In this document: positions 11,419 through 25,150 of the stretch, one piece after another
How the letters are laid out: each line of letters begins with the position of its first letter
Numbering within the stretch: position 1 is the first letter of the stretch
Assembly: GCA_048128005.1 (NCBI GenBank)
Contig: JBEUKZ010000049.1
Span: 1-64,000 of the forward strand
DNA: 64,000 nt
Source of the DNA: Veleropilina oligotropha
Taxonomy: Eukaryota
Reading direction: 5' to 3'
Notes under the pieces: model-generated
Told to the model about the DNA's origin: nothing
Seen by the model: the letters and a program-made list of their open reading frames with translations, nothing else
Database searches by the model: none
Made by a program: the position numbers and the translations under genes

Positions 11419-12853
11419 AATAAAAAAAAACGCACACGAGATGATCAAAACGCATAGTCAACGGGCACATATGTGGTCAAGATTAGGACAACATCTTCAA
11501 AACCGAAGAAAATATCTAAAGGACAGGGAAAGCGGAAAGCGATCACAATTCATTGCAACACATTCAGGACCAACTTCTAACCATTCTTCTGTACTGGTGC
11601 CTACTCCTGTCCATCAAAGGCCACTAGATCTGATGAAGTGAATACCATGGCCACCTGCCAATTGCAACCAACAGCCGCCAAAATGTCAACGTACAAAATC
11701 CCGAAAAAACAAGTACCGGTGTCAAACCAACCGCCTGTCTTATGCTTCCAGCCAGGACAGTTGGTAAACATTATGAATCGCAATGGAACGTGTCTTGGAA
11801 CTGGAATTTTCATATCTAATAAAGATAATGTGTTCGCTGAAGTTGTTTTGAAGACAAAATTATCTCAAATGTTGTCTAGTGATCATGATTCAGATGAGTT
11901 GCCACAACCATGCGGTAGTATTTATCACTTCAACCAACTAGAAAATAAACAGTTGTTTACCTGGAAACTTGTTAATATGACCTTCTGGCCGTGGGAAAGC
12001 TGTCCCAATGAAGACTCCTGATCAGCCACAGGAACACGCAGTCAAATGATCCTCTTTGAATAAAAAAGTACTGGTAACCACATGCACTGCACCATCTACA
12101 ATTAAACCACCGGGCATGCCAGTACAAGTGTGCACCACTAGTACTGATCATGAATTCGAAATTGCATTGATGGAATGGGCGGAAGGCAAATTGTATCTTG
12201 GTGTATTAAGTAAAGATGGAGCAGTTGTTAAAAATTGTCCTAACTATATTGCAAAGATCACCAATGATGACGTAAAGATTTGTTCATCTATAAAATGGAA
12301 CATGCTCTCTCTGAATGCCCAAGACATCCAGAGAAATCCTGATATGAAATATTGTGTGTGGAAATCAGCTGCATCTGGGCCATTGGCAAGTTATACAAAA
12401 GGAGCAAAGGAAATTAGAATCAGTAATGTGGCAGCATTCCTCGCTGAGATGAAGGATCACTTGATAACATATGATGATCAATAGTGATTTATTTCCTCTG
12501 CAGGCCAAGAAGATAGAGGAACTGGAGGCAGAGCTGGCCGCGTCCGAGAGGCAGCGACGGGCCACAGAGTCCGAGCTGCAGGATGAGATCGCCAACAGCA
12601 AGTAAGTCAAGAAAAACAGCAAGTTAGTCTAGTACAAGGCTCTCGCTTGACTGCTCTGTCTAGCAGGAGTGAGTTTGAATTCTTGTTTTGGCGCTTTGTT
12701 CAGTAGACAGTCATAGTCGATCATAACTGTCTGGTGACGGCGTATTTCCCAGGTTTTCTTCCCATGACGATATGGACTTGTCCAGGTATGAACTTGAAGA
12801 TTGTTAAGAACGTGATATTTGTATCGAGCGTAACCAAATTCAACAGCTAGTAA

Positions 12854-13540
12854 CCAAACCTAATGGATGTCATGTAGAAACAGGCCAAACCTAATAGATG
12901 GATGTCACGTAGAAACAGGCCAAACCTAATAGATCGGATGTCATGTAGAAACAAGCCAAACCTAATAGATGGATGTCACGTAGAAACAGGCCAAACCTAA
13001 TAGATGGATGTCATGTAGAAACAGGCCAAACCTAATATATCGGATGTCACATAGATAGAAACAAACCAAACCTAATAGATCGGATGTCACGTAGAAGTTT
13101 ACAGGCCAAACCTAATAGATAGATGTCATGTAGAAACAGGCCAAACCTAATAGATCAGATGTCACGTAGAAACAGGCCAAACCTAATAGATGGATGTTAC
13201 GTAGAAACAGGCCAAACCTAATAGATCGGATGTCACGTAGAAACAGGCCAAACCTAATAGATGGATGTCATGTAGAAACAGGCCAAACCTAATAGATCGG
13301 ATGTCACATAGAAACAAACCAAACCTAATAGATCGGATGTCACGTAGAAGTTTACAGGCCAAACCTAATAGATAGATGTCATGTAGAAACAGTCCAAACC
13401 TAATAGATGGGATGTCACGTAGAAGTTTACAGGCCAAACCTAATAGATGGGATGTCACGTAGAAACAGGCCAAACCTAATAGATGGGATGTCACGTAGAA
13501 ACCGACCAAACCTAATAGATGGATGTCACGTAGAAACAGG
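12854..13540. repeat. 35-39 bp minisatellite (unit 2)
   Basis: Same array as 4546-5232. Confidence 0.97.
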
Positions 13541-13758
13541 AGAGAAGTAGCATTCCAGGCATCCTACTTGTGCAAAAGAAAATCAAAATCAATTTAGCAT
13601 AAACCACAATTACAGTAAAATGTCAGACTACATATTCACATTCTAATGATCTGACTAATCATATCTCATCCATTTTTTATAAGTTTAATATTTTATAGGA
13701 TGAATTACTATGCTACTTAGGATTTGTCTTTGATAAGACCCCCGATACCACGGTAGAG

Positions 13759-14289
13759 GTGGCACCAGGGTTCTACAGCTTCGATTCCCTCGCCAAGACG
13801 ATGAAGAGGTCCCTAGCTAACATGCGGCTCGAGGTAAGCCGTGCTACCGGACTCGCGCAACTCGTCCCAGAGGGGACTCGACTGGCGATAAGCGACGATA
13901 TACGGAAGCTCCTCGGCTTCACCCTTTCAGGGTGGCTACTTATGACTTATGACAAGAACAAGCCTGTCGGGTCGCTGCAATGGCTACGCCCCGGGACTTA
14001 TGACGGGAACAAGCCCGTCGGGTTTGCCATAGCAGCGACCCTACACGTTCATCTGGAGAAGCTCGGAACAACACACAATATGAAGGACGGCGCCCCGAGC
14101 AATATTCTCGCGGTGGTCCCTATAACGTCGCAGATGTTCGGTGAGGCTGCCCACTATCATAGCTATCCAGCCTTCCGGCGACTACAGGCGGGGCTACTCA
14201 CAGAATTGAAGGTGTATGTCACCGACTCAGATGGTAACCCGCTCGACAATCACGGTATGCCTATTTCCGCCGTCCTTGAGATACAATGA
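13759..14289 (+). pseudogene. Polinton/adintovirus-like minor capsid fragment (unit 2)
   Basis: Same protein as 5451-5981, followed by ORF 14286-14645 and a further GC-rich tract to about 14868. Confidence 0.65.
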
Positions 14290-16377
14290 GCAGCATCTAC
14301 GGGACCCCACTCCTGCTTGCAGATGAGCCTTCAGCGACCCAGTGGCACTTTGTTCTTAGTTGTGGGGAAGCGCCCAAGAAGGGGCTGGCGAGGAGGGAGT
14401 TTATGATCCCAAACGCTGGAGGTCGGTTTGGGTTGAACCCAGCCCTTCTAATGATCCACATGACGCCGGTCCAGCCGGCCGGGGGCGCCCCCAAAGCGTG
14501 TTCCATAAATAGACTTGGCCTGGATTCGGACAAGTTGACCCTCGCCTTTGCCATCAAGGCCCCCTGGGTGAACACCCTTTATTTGAACGTTACGGTAGAC
14601 ATTCGGAATCAACAGGCTGAACAATACAGCCACGGGGGGGACTAGGGGGTTTTGAAATAATCTAGGGGGGGCCCGGGGAGACCGGGGAGGCTCCCAGCCC
14701 TATTTCCGAACTGAGGGGCTCGTAATATATACCCGCAGGGCATTTTAGTAGAATTCGGGGAGGGGGGCCCGGGGGGTCGCCGGGGAGGCTCCCAGCGCCA
14801 TCCGAAACTAGGGTAGCTTAGAATAGTCTATTTGGGGGCATTTTATAAGAATGGGCCAGGGGCGCGTCTATCAATTGTATTGTTTAATTTTGCTTCCTGG
14901 TCTCGAAAGAAGGCGGCGCAAAGGCGGTGGGTGCGGTAAACGCAAGGTGGACAGTAAGTACAGCATGCGCAAGGTGGATAGTAAGTGGTCGGGGGGGGTA
15001 CGGCATGTTCAAGTTGGATAGTAAGTGGTCGAATAGATACGGCAAGGTTCACAGGGTGGCCATAGCTTTTAACATGGTCAACAGGGTAGCCATAGCTGTG
15101 TGATCGACAAGGTGACCATAGGTGTTTAAAAATAACCTCTTAAAAAAATTTGCTGCAGTTTCGAGAGAAACAGCCATATATATCTATATTTGGAAAAGAC
15201 AAACGGAACAGGCCCAATGCCAAATTTTATTTTGTTGAGAATTCCAAGTATTGCACCATAGTATTAATAAACTCAGCGTCACTCTTAACCTGTCCATTGC
15301 AGAGTAGGCATCGAGTTCAGTCTGACCCCAAACGACGTACACGGCCTCCCACCGAACCTGGCGTTCCTGTATGAGTTCACCAACAAAATGATGAAGAAGG
15401 ATAAGAACACAGTGTGAGTTCTCTGATGTTTATGGCTACACAGTGTGAATTCTTGGATGTTATGTTTACAAATATATAATTATTTGGGTATTGATTGCAT
15501 TGAACTTGTGATTGTATTCATTCAGGATCTTCCATTTTTTTCTCCATTTTGTTTGATTGGCGTCATCGACTGAGCAGTTACCACTCCAGGCATCCTACTT
15601 GTGCAAAAGAAAATCAAAATCAATTTAGCATAAACCACAATTACAGTAAAATGTCAGACTACATATTCACATTCTAATGATCTGACTAATCATATCTCAT
15701 CCATTTTTTATAAGTTGAATATTTTATAGGATGAATTACTATGCTACTTAGGATTTGTCTTTGATAAGTATGGATTTGTCTTTGATAAGTATGCAAAGAG
15801 CGATGGCAGTCCTTAGCAGTGATCCATATGTACGAGAATAGTATTGGTGAATCTAGTACATTAATTGAAGGAAGGCGGCGCAAAGGCGGTGCGTTAAGCG
15901 CAAGGTGGACAGTAAGTACAGCATGCGCAAGGTAGATAGTAAGTGGTCGGGGGGGGTACGGCATGTTCAAGTTGGATAGTAAGTGGTCGAATAGATACGG
16001 CAAGGTTCACAGGGTTACCATAGCTTTTAACATGGTCCACAGGGTAGCCATAGCTGTTAACATGGTCCACAGGGTAGCCATAGCTGTTAACATGGTCCAC
16101 AGGGTTACCATACCTTTTAACATGGTCCACAGGGTAGCCATAGCTGTGTGATCGACAAGGTGACCATAGGTGTTTATACGGTCAATAAATCCAAATGCAT
16201 TCCATTCCTCTAGTTCTTGGGTTTTGGACCGCATATATAATGTAATTATCATTTTTATCCCCCGCCCGAAGGGTAGCGGGGGATATTGTTGTTGCCATGT
16301 CCGACCGTACGTCCATAAACAATTTGGTTAAAGTTTCGAATTGAGGGTGTGTAGCTTGCCCATGATACTTTTTGGCA

Positions 16378-19300
16378 TATATCGGGTGGCCAATAAAAAA
16401 CTTCCCGAACTTTAAAGGTTAATAACTTTGCAATGAACCACTATATTGTTATGAAACTTCACACAAGTAAAAAATGTAATGTTGTTAATATATTCTGAAA
16501 GATTCAAGTCTCTATATCATATACTTTTTCTGTAGTCGGATAAATATAAACAAACGTCAAAAACGGCAAGGGCTACGTCCAAAAAGCTGCATAGTTATCT
16601 TATATTTACTGAAAGAAGTGATCAATATGGCCTCTATCTGCTTCAAAAACTCCTCTGAGTTTTTTTTCCACCTTGATATCGTACTTCTAACCTCTCGAAG
16701 ACATATTTTGTCCCAGCATTTCTTCAGCCTCTTTTTTAGTTCACATTCATTAAACACATATGTACGCCCTTCGTACACTTTCTCTGACAGATTATTCCAA
16801 ATGGAATAGTCCATTGCGTTGAGGCCTGGACTCATCCACTGACTGATCCAAGAAGGCTTGCGTAGACCTACTTGTGTGCGAAGTTGCCCCATCCTGTTGG
16901 AAAACAAAACTTCCATCAGGATAGAGCCGACGGCAATCAGGCAAGAGTCCCTTTTCCAATAGTTTTTGATGTCTTTCACTTTTTTGGTATCAATAGTGAA
17001 GCATCGTTTTTCCATTCCACGATACCCCTGCAGAAACCATATTTTCTTGGTAAACCTTGATGTTTCATGGTACAGTCTTGTGGTGGATATATCCCATTTC
17101 ATTCTTCCGTACACCCTAGCGTTTTGGCGGTTACGCGCCACCTCATACGTGAAGTCTTTCTCGTCCGTAAAGACAAGTCTTTTTGCATCCTGTTTGGAAT
17201 ACCTGCTGTATAACTTTTTGGGGTCTTCCTTTTTTGTTTGACTGTTTTATCCCGCCGTGAAACTTTTACGCGTTTGGAAGATTTTAATTCCAATTTGTTA
17301 GTAATGTTCTGAACTGATGAGCGTGAAATTTCCAGATCTTTGGCAATTTTCTGCTGAGACTTATGAGTCCCTGGCTTGTCCTCTTGCGACACAATTGCTT
17401 CTTCCACGTAAACCTTATTTGTTTCAGTATTTGCGGTTCTTGGCCTTCCACTACCTTGTTTTCTACTGGTTGAACCTGAAGTCCTTATTCTCTCAATAAG
17501 GAGGTTGACTGTTCGCACATTCCACTTTGTATCAGGGAATTCCCTTATAATCCTTGCACCACACCAGCCCTTTTCCTTGAAACATGCCTCAATAACTGCT
17601 TTATCACTCTGATTAATTGAATTGAATTGATGTTTAACGACCACGCCGACACTATAATGGTCATAATCGGGTCGGTCAAGTTAATTATATAATAGTTTAA
17701 TATAAAAAGATAAAAGTTGTGATACATATTTAATAATAAAATGAAACAGGTGTGAAAAATAATAAAACGAATCAATATATTTACAAGTAAAATAGGCAAT
17801 GCAAATTTGGATAAAAGCAAATCAATAAAAGGAAAATTAACATGGTATATTTACAGGTTAAAACGATATATATGCAAAGCAATAAAATTAAAATAAAAAC
17901 AAGTATAATAATAAAAACAAGATATCATATTTGTGAAATAAAATATAAATTATAACTTGTAAAAAATATTTACTTGTTTTAAAAACTCAAATATGTTTTC
18001 GAGCTTAGTGAATTTAAATAACTCTTGGAGTGAGTTTACCCTAAAGTGCTTTTGGCGTGCGAGATCCAAATCGACACAATCCAATAATATATGTTTAATT
18101 GTTAGGGCAGTTGCACAAGGAATACACTCAGGTGGAGGCTCCCCTTTAAGCAAGTAGGAGTGAGTGTAGTATGAATGCCCAATTCTCAGTCTGGCCAAGA
18201 CGACCTCCTCTCGCCGAGATGGCCTGCAAGAGGGTCCCCAGTCACCAAGAAGAGGTTGGACAATCTGCAGTTTATTCCTTGTGCATTCACTCCAAGAGTG
18301 CTGCCAAGTAGAATTTATATATTTGTTTATGCTTTGTTTAAAATCAGTGTGGGGCAATTTGCAGTTTAGTGTGTGGTTAAAATGCGAGGCTGCCTTGGCA
18401 GCTTGGTCAGCCTTCTCATTACCCTGGATACCGATATGGCTCGGTATCCAGCATAAAATAATGTCATTATCCGGTAAAAGGTTATTATATTTAATTAAAA
18501 TATCTATAATAATAGGGTTTCTATTCACCCCCCTCAATGCCTGTAATCTAGAGAGGGAGTCTGAATAGATAATAAAACGCTTGCTATTACTCATTGATAT
18601 AAAATTGAGCGCAAGCTCGATTGCCTTCAATTCTGCAGTAAATATAGTCGCACTGCCTGACAGACGGTTTTGAAAACATTGTCTACCAGTAACAGCGGCT
18701 GCTCCTACTAATTCTGCATCTTTTGAACCATCTGTATATATGCTTGCACGATCTGAATATTTTAAATTGAGATCGTGCACTTTTAAGAGATAATCTGATG
18801 TGTCTGTGTTTGATTTTTTTAGTGAAGTAAGATGTAGGTCAATTTCCGGTAATTTAAGTGTCCATGGTGGAGTATCCGGAATGTAATTTGTTCTAATTTG
18901 AGCTACATGTATGCCAGTGCTTTCTAGTGCAGGTTTTATGCGAATGCCGAATGGTGCAATTTTGTTTGGTTTTGCCAGAAATAAATTTTCGTAATTAGGT
19001 GTAAATACAGTTTCGAAAGCTGGGTTAGATGGGTGTGATTTTAATTTGATTGCATATTGCAGTGATAATTTTTCACGTCTGTGTGTAAGAGATGGTTCAT
19101 TTGCTTCAACATAGAGGCTTTCCATGGGTGATGTGCGGAAAGCCCCTAGTGCAAGTCGAAGCCCTTGGTTATGGATTGGATCAAGCATGTTAAGATATGA
19201 ATGGCGAGCAGAGCCATATACTATGCTCCCATAATCAAGTTTTGATCTAATTAATGATCTGTATAGTCGTAATAAAACTGTTTTATCAGCACCCCATTCA

Positions 19301-20576
19301 GTATTAGAAACTACTTTCATTAGATTCAAAGCTTTCTTGCATTTAGCTTTGATATATTTTATATGAGGTATGAAAGTCAGTTTACGGTCAAATATAAGGC
19401 CTAAAAATTTAAATTGGTCCACCACTGGAATCTCAAAGTCATCCAGTTTTAGCACAGGGTCGTCATGAATTTCACGACGCTGGCAGAAATGCATGCATTT
19501 AGTTTTGTCCTTTGAGAATTTAAATCCATTCTCATCGGACCATATCTGTAATTTATTTAGGCCGTATTGCAGCTGGCGTTCTATACTGTTCATATTTGTT
19601 GAACGATAGCAAATGCCAAAATCGTCAACAAACAATGAACAGTCTGTGCCAGTACTAATACATTTGACAATACTGTTGATCTTAATACTGAATAGGGTGA
19701 CCGATAAAATGCTTCCTTGAGGGACACCCATCTCCTGGTCATGGATATCGGAGAGGGTGTCACCCGCCTTCACTTGAAAATTTCTATCCTCAAGGAATTT
19801 CGAAATAAAATTGGGCAAGTGGCCCTTTAAACCAAAATCAAACAAATCCTTCATAATGCCGTACTTCCAAGTAGTGTCGTAGGCCTTCTCTAGATCGAAA
19901 AAAACAGCAACTAAATGTTGTCTGTTTAGGAAGGCCTCACGAACAAAAGTTTCCAGACGTACCAAGTGATCTGTGGTGCTCCGGTTGCGCCGGAACCCAC
20001 ATTGATATTCTGTAAATAAATTATTTGATTCTAAGTACCGAACTATTCTCTCGTTTATCATCCTTTCCATGGTTTTGCAAATACAACTCGTCAAGGCTAT
20101 GGGTCGATAACTGTTGGGATGTGATGTATCTTTTCCCGCCTTTGCAATTGGGATAATAATAGCCTCCCTCCACGAGGGAGGGAAGGTTCCAGTTTCCCAG
20201 ATAGTATTGAATATTGCAAGTAGTCACTCTGATTAAATACCATGTTATAATAATATAACCAAGATAGCAAACATCAAAAGCTCCCAGCCTATTCGAAACA
20301 AGACTGAAATTTTTAACAACATATACATGCCAGACAGATAAAACAAATGATATTGACAATTGATTGAAGGCTGCCATCCATAACACTATTGTGTGCCATT
20401 GCTGTTGATGACTTTTATTTTTAATTATCAGACTGCAGAAAAAATATGTGACAAAGACTTGAAACTTTCAACAAATATTAAAAACATCATATTTATGAGG
20501 TGTGTGAAGTTTCATAACAACATATTGGTTATTAACCTTTAAAGTTCGGGAAGTTTTTTATTGGCCACCCGATATA
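16378..20576 (-). mobile_element. Complete maT/Tc1-mariner transposon (both TIRs, TA TSD) interrupted by a LINE
   Basis: About 47 bp perfect TIR extending imperfectly to about 160 bp (right arm about 20425-20576). True start MVFNQS at 20243; rest of the transposase at 16557-17616. Confidence 0.92.
17617..20223 (-). mobile_element. 5'-truncated I-group LINE (RT, RNase H) with 13 bp TSD
   Basis: TSD TCACTCTGATTAA at 17604-17616 and 20224-20236; ORF 17950-20094 with FFDLEKAYD, GVPQGS, FVDD and RNase H. Confidence 0.96.
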
Positions 20577-21514
20577 TGCTTTTGTATGCGTTATATGGAT
20601 GACACCTGGTACTCTGGAAGTGAGATTGAATAAAATTTAATATAATTATTGCATAAATGTAGGTGTTTTTGAACATAGAAATTTTGGTTCAAGTTTCTGG
20701 TTAAAGTTTATCATTGAGTGTATATGGGTTGCTGAAGCAACATATTGGTGTATACTGCTATGGTATTGATAATATGAATGTCAACTGATACTATGGAAGT
20801 GATGCTGAATTAAATTTAATATAATGCATAAAAATAGGTGTTTGTGGACATAGAAATTTGGTTAAAGTTTTGTTTAAATTTTTCAATGGGCATATGGGTC
20901 GTTCTAGGCACTGGTTTGGATCCATATACTTTAGTGTTGACTATATTGATGCTGCTCCCTCATCTGCAAGTGATTTATAATATAAATAACATGTGAAATT
21001 GCTGTTTGTGGACAGAAATATGTGTTCAAGTTTGGTGAATTTCCGTTCTATTCCATTATTTCATACATATTCTTTGGTGATGCTTATATTGATACCACCT
21101 TTTATTCTAGCAATGACATTGAATATTATTTTGTATAAATATTGAAGAAACTTGATGTGTTGGGACATAGAAAGTTTGCTTAAAGTTTATATCGGAGTGA
21201 TTGCGGAAGGCGGGGGATGAATCCGTTTTCTAACGGGCTCTTGTGTTGGTCAGTTTGGGCATATTCTAAAAGTACATGGCGCTAATTACAGACTAATTAA
21301 TGGAGTCAAACGTTCCTTGACGTCAGACATTTTTTGTTTGTTGTTTGTAATTTGTCAATGCTGATGATTAATTAGTTGTTGAAGCAGCCTAATCATTCTT
21401 TGCCGAAGGTACTTTCGGAGCACGATCGATCCACTTTTATTTGTCAGATAACATTAGGTCTGTATGTACATAATTATGTAACAGCCAGTACACTTGTCAA
21501 TGTCTCTCTTGTAG

Positions 21515-21653
21515 TTGATGAGACTGGTAATGACACGTGCTCGGATGCAAGGACGCCCGGCCCACCGTCGGTTCAGCCGCAGACGTCCACTGCCGTCAAG
21601 CGACACCGCGTTGACGACGACACGCACGGCTCAGAACATGACTTCGAGGACTC
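21515..21653 (+). other. Putative orphan exon
   Basis: tctctcttgtAG|GC-rich open frame|GTAAGA. Confidence 0.35.
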
Positions 21654-21978
21654 GTAAGATCTATTTATAAGAAATAATTCATGATACAGTTTATATTTTT
21701 TATGCTGTTGTCCTATGAACAAATTGTTGTCATTATGCATGTCAATCTGTTTGGCTTGAACAGTTACGACTGTGTGCTTACTCCCTTTAGGAGCTAACAC
21801 AAAATTGCAATTACCTAGTACCTGTTATGGACCTGTTATATTCTGATAACTTTACGGTGGACATGTATTGACAAGGAAGTTCCCATTCAGGTCGGTTGGG
21901 TCAACTGAGACACATATATGTTACGTCCCTGCTCAAGGAGGTCTCTTTCGGTATCAGAGTGGGTTTAAGTGTTGATCA

Positions 21979-23335
21979 AAATTCACTGTAATATTCTGAA
22001 TGTCACGCTGTGCAGGATTGAGTATAAATCCTGTAAATTCACTAATATTCTGAATGTCCTGCTGTGCAGGATTGAGTATAAATCCTGTAAATTCACTGTA
22101 ATATTCTGAGTGTCACGCTGTGCAGGATTGGGTATACATCCTGTAATATTCTGAATGTCACGCTGTGCAGGATTGAGTATAAATCCTGTAAATTCACTAA
22201 TATGAATGTCACGCTGTGCAGGATTTGGTATAAATCCTGTAAATTCACTGTAATATTCTGAATGTCACGCTGTGCAGGATTGAGTATAAATCCTGTAAAT
22301 TCACTGTAATATTATGAATGTCACGCTGTGCAGGATTGAGTATAAATCCTGTAAATTCACTGTAATATTATGAATGTCACGCTGTGCAGGATTTGGTATA
22401 AATCCTGTAAATTCACTGTAACATTCTGAATGTCACGCTGTGCAGGATTGAGTATAAATCCTGTAAATTCACTAATATTCTGAATGTCACGCTGTGCAGG
22501 ATTTGGTATAAATCCTGTAAATTCACTAATATTCTGAATGTCACGCGGTGCAGGATTTGGTATAAATCATGTAAATTCACGGTAATATTCTGAATGTCCC
22601 GCTGTGCAGGATTTGGTATAAATCCTGTAAATTCACTGTAATATTCTGTATGTCACACTGTGCAGGATTGAGTATAAATCCTGTAAATTCACTAATATTC
22701 TGTGTCACACTGTGCAGGATGTGGTATAAATCCTGTAAATTCACTAATATTCTGAATGTTCCACTGTGCAGGATTTGGTATAAATCCTGTAATATTCTGA
22801 ATGTCACGCTGTGCAGGATTTGGTATAAATCCTGTAAATTCACTGTAATATTCTGTATGTCACACTGTGCAGGATTTGGTATAAATCCTGTAAATTCACT
22901 GTAATATTCTGAATGTCACGCTGTGCAGGATTTGGTATAAATCCTGTAAATTCACTGTAATATTCTGAATGTCACGCTGTGCAGGATTTGGTATAAATCC
23001 TGTAAATTCACTGTAATATTCTGAATGTCACGCTGTGCAGGATTTGGTATAAATCCTGTAAATTCACTAATATTCTGAATGTCACGCTGTGCAGGATTGG
23101 GTATAAATCCTGTAAATTCACTAATATTCTGAATGTCACGCTGTGCAGGATGTGGAATAAATCCTGTAAATTCACTGTAATATTCTGAATGTCACGCGGT
23201 GCAGGATTTGGTATAAATCCTGTAAATTCACGGTAATATTCTGAATGTCACGCTGTGCAGGATTTGGTATAAATCCTGTAAATTCACTGTAATATTCTGA
23301 ATGTCGCACTGTGCAGGATTTGGTATAAATCCTGT
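21979..23335. repeat. 54-56 bp satellite, about 24 copies, each with a hairpin
   Basis: Consensus AAATTCACT(GT)AATATTCTGAATGTCACGCTGTGCAGGATTTGGTATAAATCCTGT. Confidence 0.97.
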
Positions 23336-23941
23336 GCTCAGAAATTTTGCAGAGTTAACAATGACAGCTGTCTATAACGGGTTTTCCGGGAATCCAGAAT
23401 TTCGTCCGGCAGTAATATGGATATGTCCTGGTATGGCTTTTGATGGTGGTAAATGGAGTATTAAGGACCGATTCAACCCAAACAGCCCAATGGAGATCGC
23501 CGGGACATGGATCACTCCTTGTTTTCTGCATCCAGAAATGGCATGGTGTCGTACAAGAGTTTATTTTGTGTCATAGTTACAAGAACTGAAACTGGTTAGA
23601 AATTCATTGTGCGTGGTACCAAATCTAATATTCACTGTAAAATTGCAGTCAAATTTTCTATTGTGACTCTGGGATGTCCGTTAGGGTTAATGAAATATAT
23701 GTAATAATGGAAAAAAAATAGCACACTGTAGCAGGACGACTGCCCATATTTACGTTGAAAAAGAAATAAATACAATCTAGGTTTTATTTCCCAAATTTTA
23801 TTATCAGGTAATGCCTCTGTCTATAACGAAGTCTAGTGTTCTCTCTGTACATCAGAGGTTGTCTCTGCAAGCATTATCAGATAATGTCTGTGTATAATAA
23901 AGTCGAGTGTTCTCTCTGTACATTAGAGCTTGTTTCTGCAG

Positions 23942-24002
23942 GTCGCGGGTGGACGCGAGTGGGGAGAGTCCGTTCGAGGATGATGTGTCAAGGAGCTCAA
24001 CG
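23942..24002 (+). other. Putative orphan exon, 61 bp
   Basis: tgtttctgcAG|...ACG|GTAAGT; one frame reads SRVDASGESPFEDDVSRSST. Confidence 0.4.
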
Positions 24003-24608
24003 GTAAGTATCGATAATGCTCGAGAGACCAACATATATAATTGACATCTGCTGTTGTAAAATAATATTGAAAAACTGCTATTTAACCACATAATGATTTC
24101 GGACAGTATTTCTTCATAAGGATCAAATTGCTCACCTGTCACTAATTTTCAGTGTTTGACATTGTTGTAGTGACCTTTGACCTCTAAATTGTTTCTGGAC
24201 TACAATCGTACAGCCTGTATGGAATTGTCTATAATATCACATGAAGAGAACCAATATCCCTGGGGATCCCACCTGCCCCAGATAGTTACTGATGACGGCT
24301 GTTAACGGTAGGCGCAGGTCGACAAATACAAAAGTTGGTCAAAAATGTCACTTTTGAGTTTTTGTAATTTTCGGCAATGTTAAATACAACTTTACAATAA
24401 ATAAATACCTGTTCGTGTGAAAAATGTAGAAAAAGTGTATATTTTCATGTTTTTGTGTGGTGACTTGTTTATTTTTAATGTTTTGGTTATAAAATCGACC
24501 AAAAAACATCAACTTTGAGGTAATATATCCGCAACGCCATTATGCCGCATCGCGTCGCCATGTTGGTTCATAGTAAACAAGAAAACTCCATCTTCAACCT
24601 TGTTTTCA

Positions 24609-24973
24609 TTATTATGCCCCCACCAATTTATTGGGGGGGGGGGCATTAAGATTTACCCTTGTCCATCCATCCCGAAAACCAGTATTGCGTGCAAGTAACT
24701 CCATTCAGCTATAACATCCATCTGCCGTCATGGATTGACTTGATACTTCATACAGTTGCTTATCATCATTCATACTTCGCTTCTGTGACCCACTCATGTC
24801 GCCCCTATGCGCAAGGTCAAATGACAGCTGTTTGGACCAGTATTTGCGTGCGAGTAACTCCATTCTGCTGTAACTTCCATCTTGCCTCATGGATTGGCTT
24901 TTATCATCATTCATACTTCGCTGGTAAAGGCTAGCAGTGGGGGCATTTGTGTCCGGTGGACAAATTTCAAGTT
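24609..24973 (+). mobile_element. Second HINE/DINE-1-like non-autonomous element
   Basis: 5' TTATGCCCCC...GGGGGCAT, TCCATCCATCC, two internal repeat copies, 3' GGGGGCAT plus TGTCC-GGT-GGACA hairpin and TTCAAGTT. Confidence 0.65.
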
Positions 24974-25085
24974 TTCATTCAGTTCTGTTCTAGTTGTGTA
25001 GTTATAGCATAATAAAACATGACGTTTTCAACCTAGTTCGTTTTAAATATAACTATAACCGGAATCCCCAGGAAATCCCCAATGC

Positions 25086-25150
25086 GATTGGGCAAATGGC
25101 GTCACGTGATTCACGTGATGGTTGCTTGCATATTACATTACGCATGCGCA
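25086..25150 (+). promoter_or_regulatory. Promoter-like motif cluster upstream of the unidentified ORF
   Basis: GATTGG (reverse CCAAT), AAATGGCG (YY1-like), two TCACGTGA E-boxes and CGCATGCGCA (NRF1-like) within 65 bp. Confidence 0.4.

Larger units (their letters stand above)
1..19414. repeat. Large tandem segmental repeat: units 1-8308, 8309-16304 and partial 16305-19414
   Basis: The ORF set recurs at offsets +8308 and +7996 (e.g. 253/8561/16557). Units 1 and 2 differ by a few SNPs, a 205/207 bp replacement and a 313 bp indel. Confidence 0.97.
16252..21244 (+). mobile_element. Helentron-associated (HINE/DINE-1-like) non-autonomous element, interrupted by the Tc1/mariner
   Basis: 5' TTTTTATCCCCCGCC with nearby inverted GCGGGGGATA and a GTCC-type motif; degenerate internal tandem repeats; 3' sub-TIR GGCGGGGGAT (21209-21218) and hairpin CCGTT-TTCT-AACGG before CTTGT. 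The 5' part also occurs at 8256-8381. Confidence 0.7.

Noticed and set aside
1..16304. Tandem units as a pure assembly duplication artefact
   Set aside because: The units differ by SNPs, a SINE swap and a 313 bp indel; read-level confirmation is still desirable.
21979..23335. CRISPR-like palindromic repeats and small ORFs within them
   Set aside because: Pure tandem satellite; the ORFs are repeat translations.
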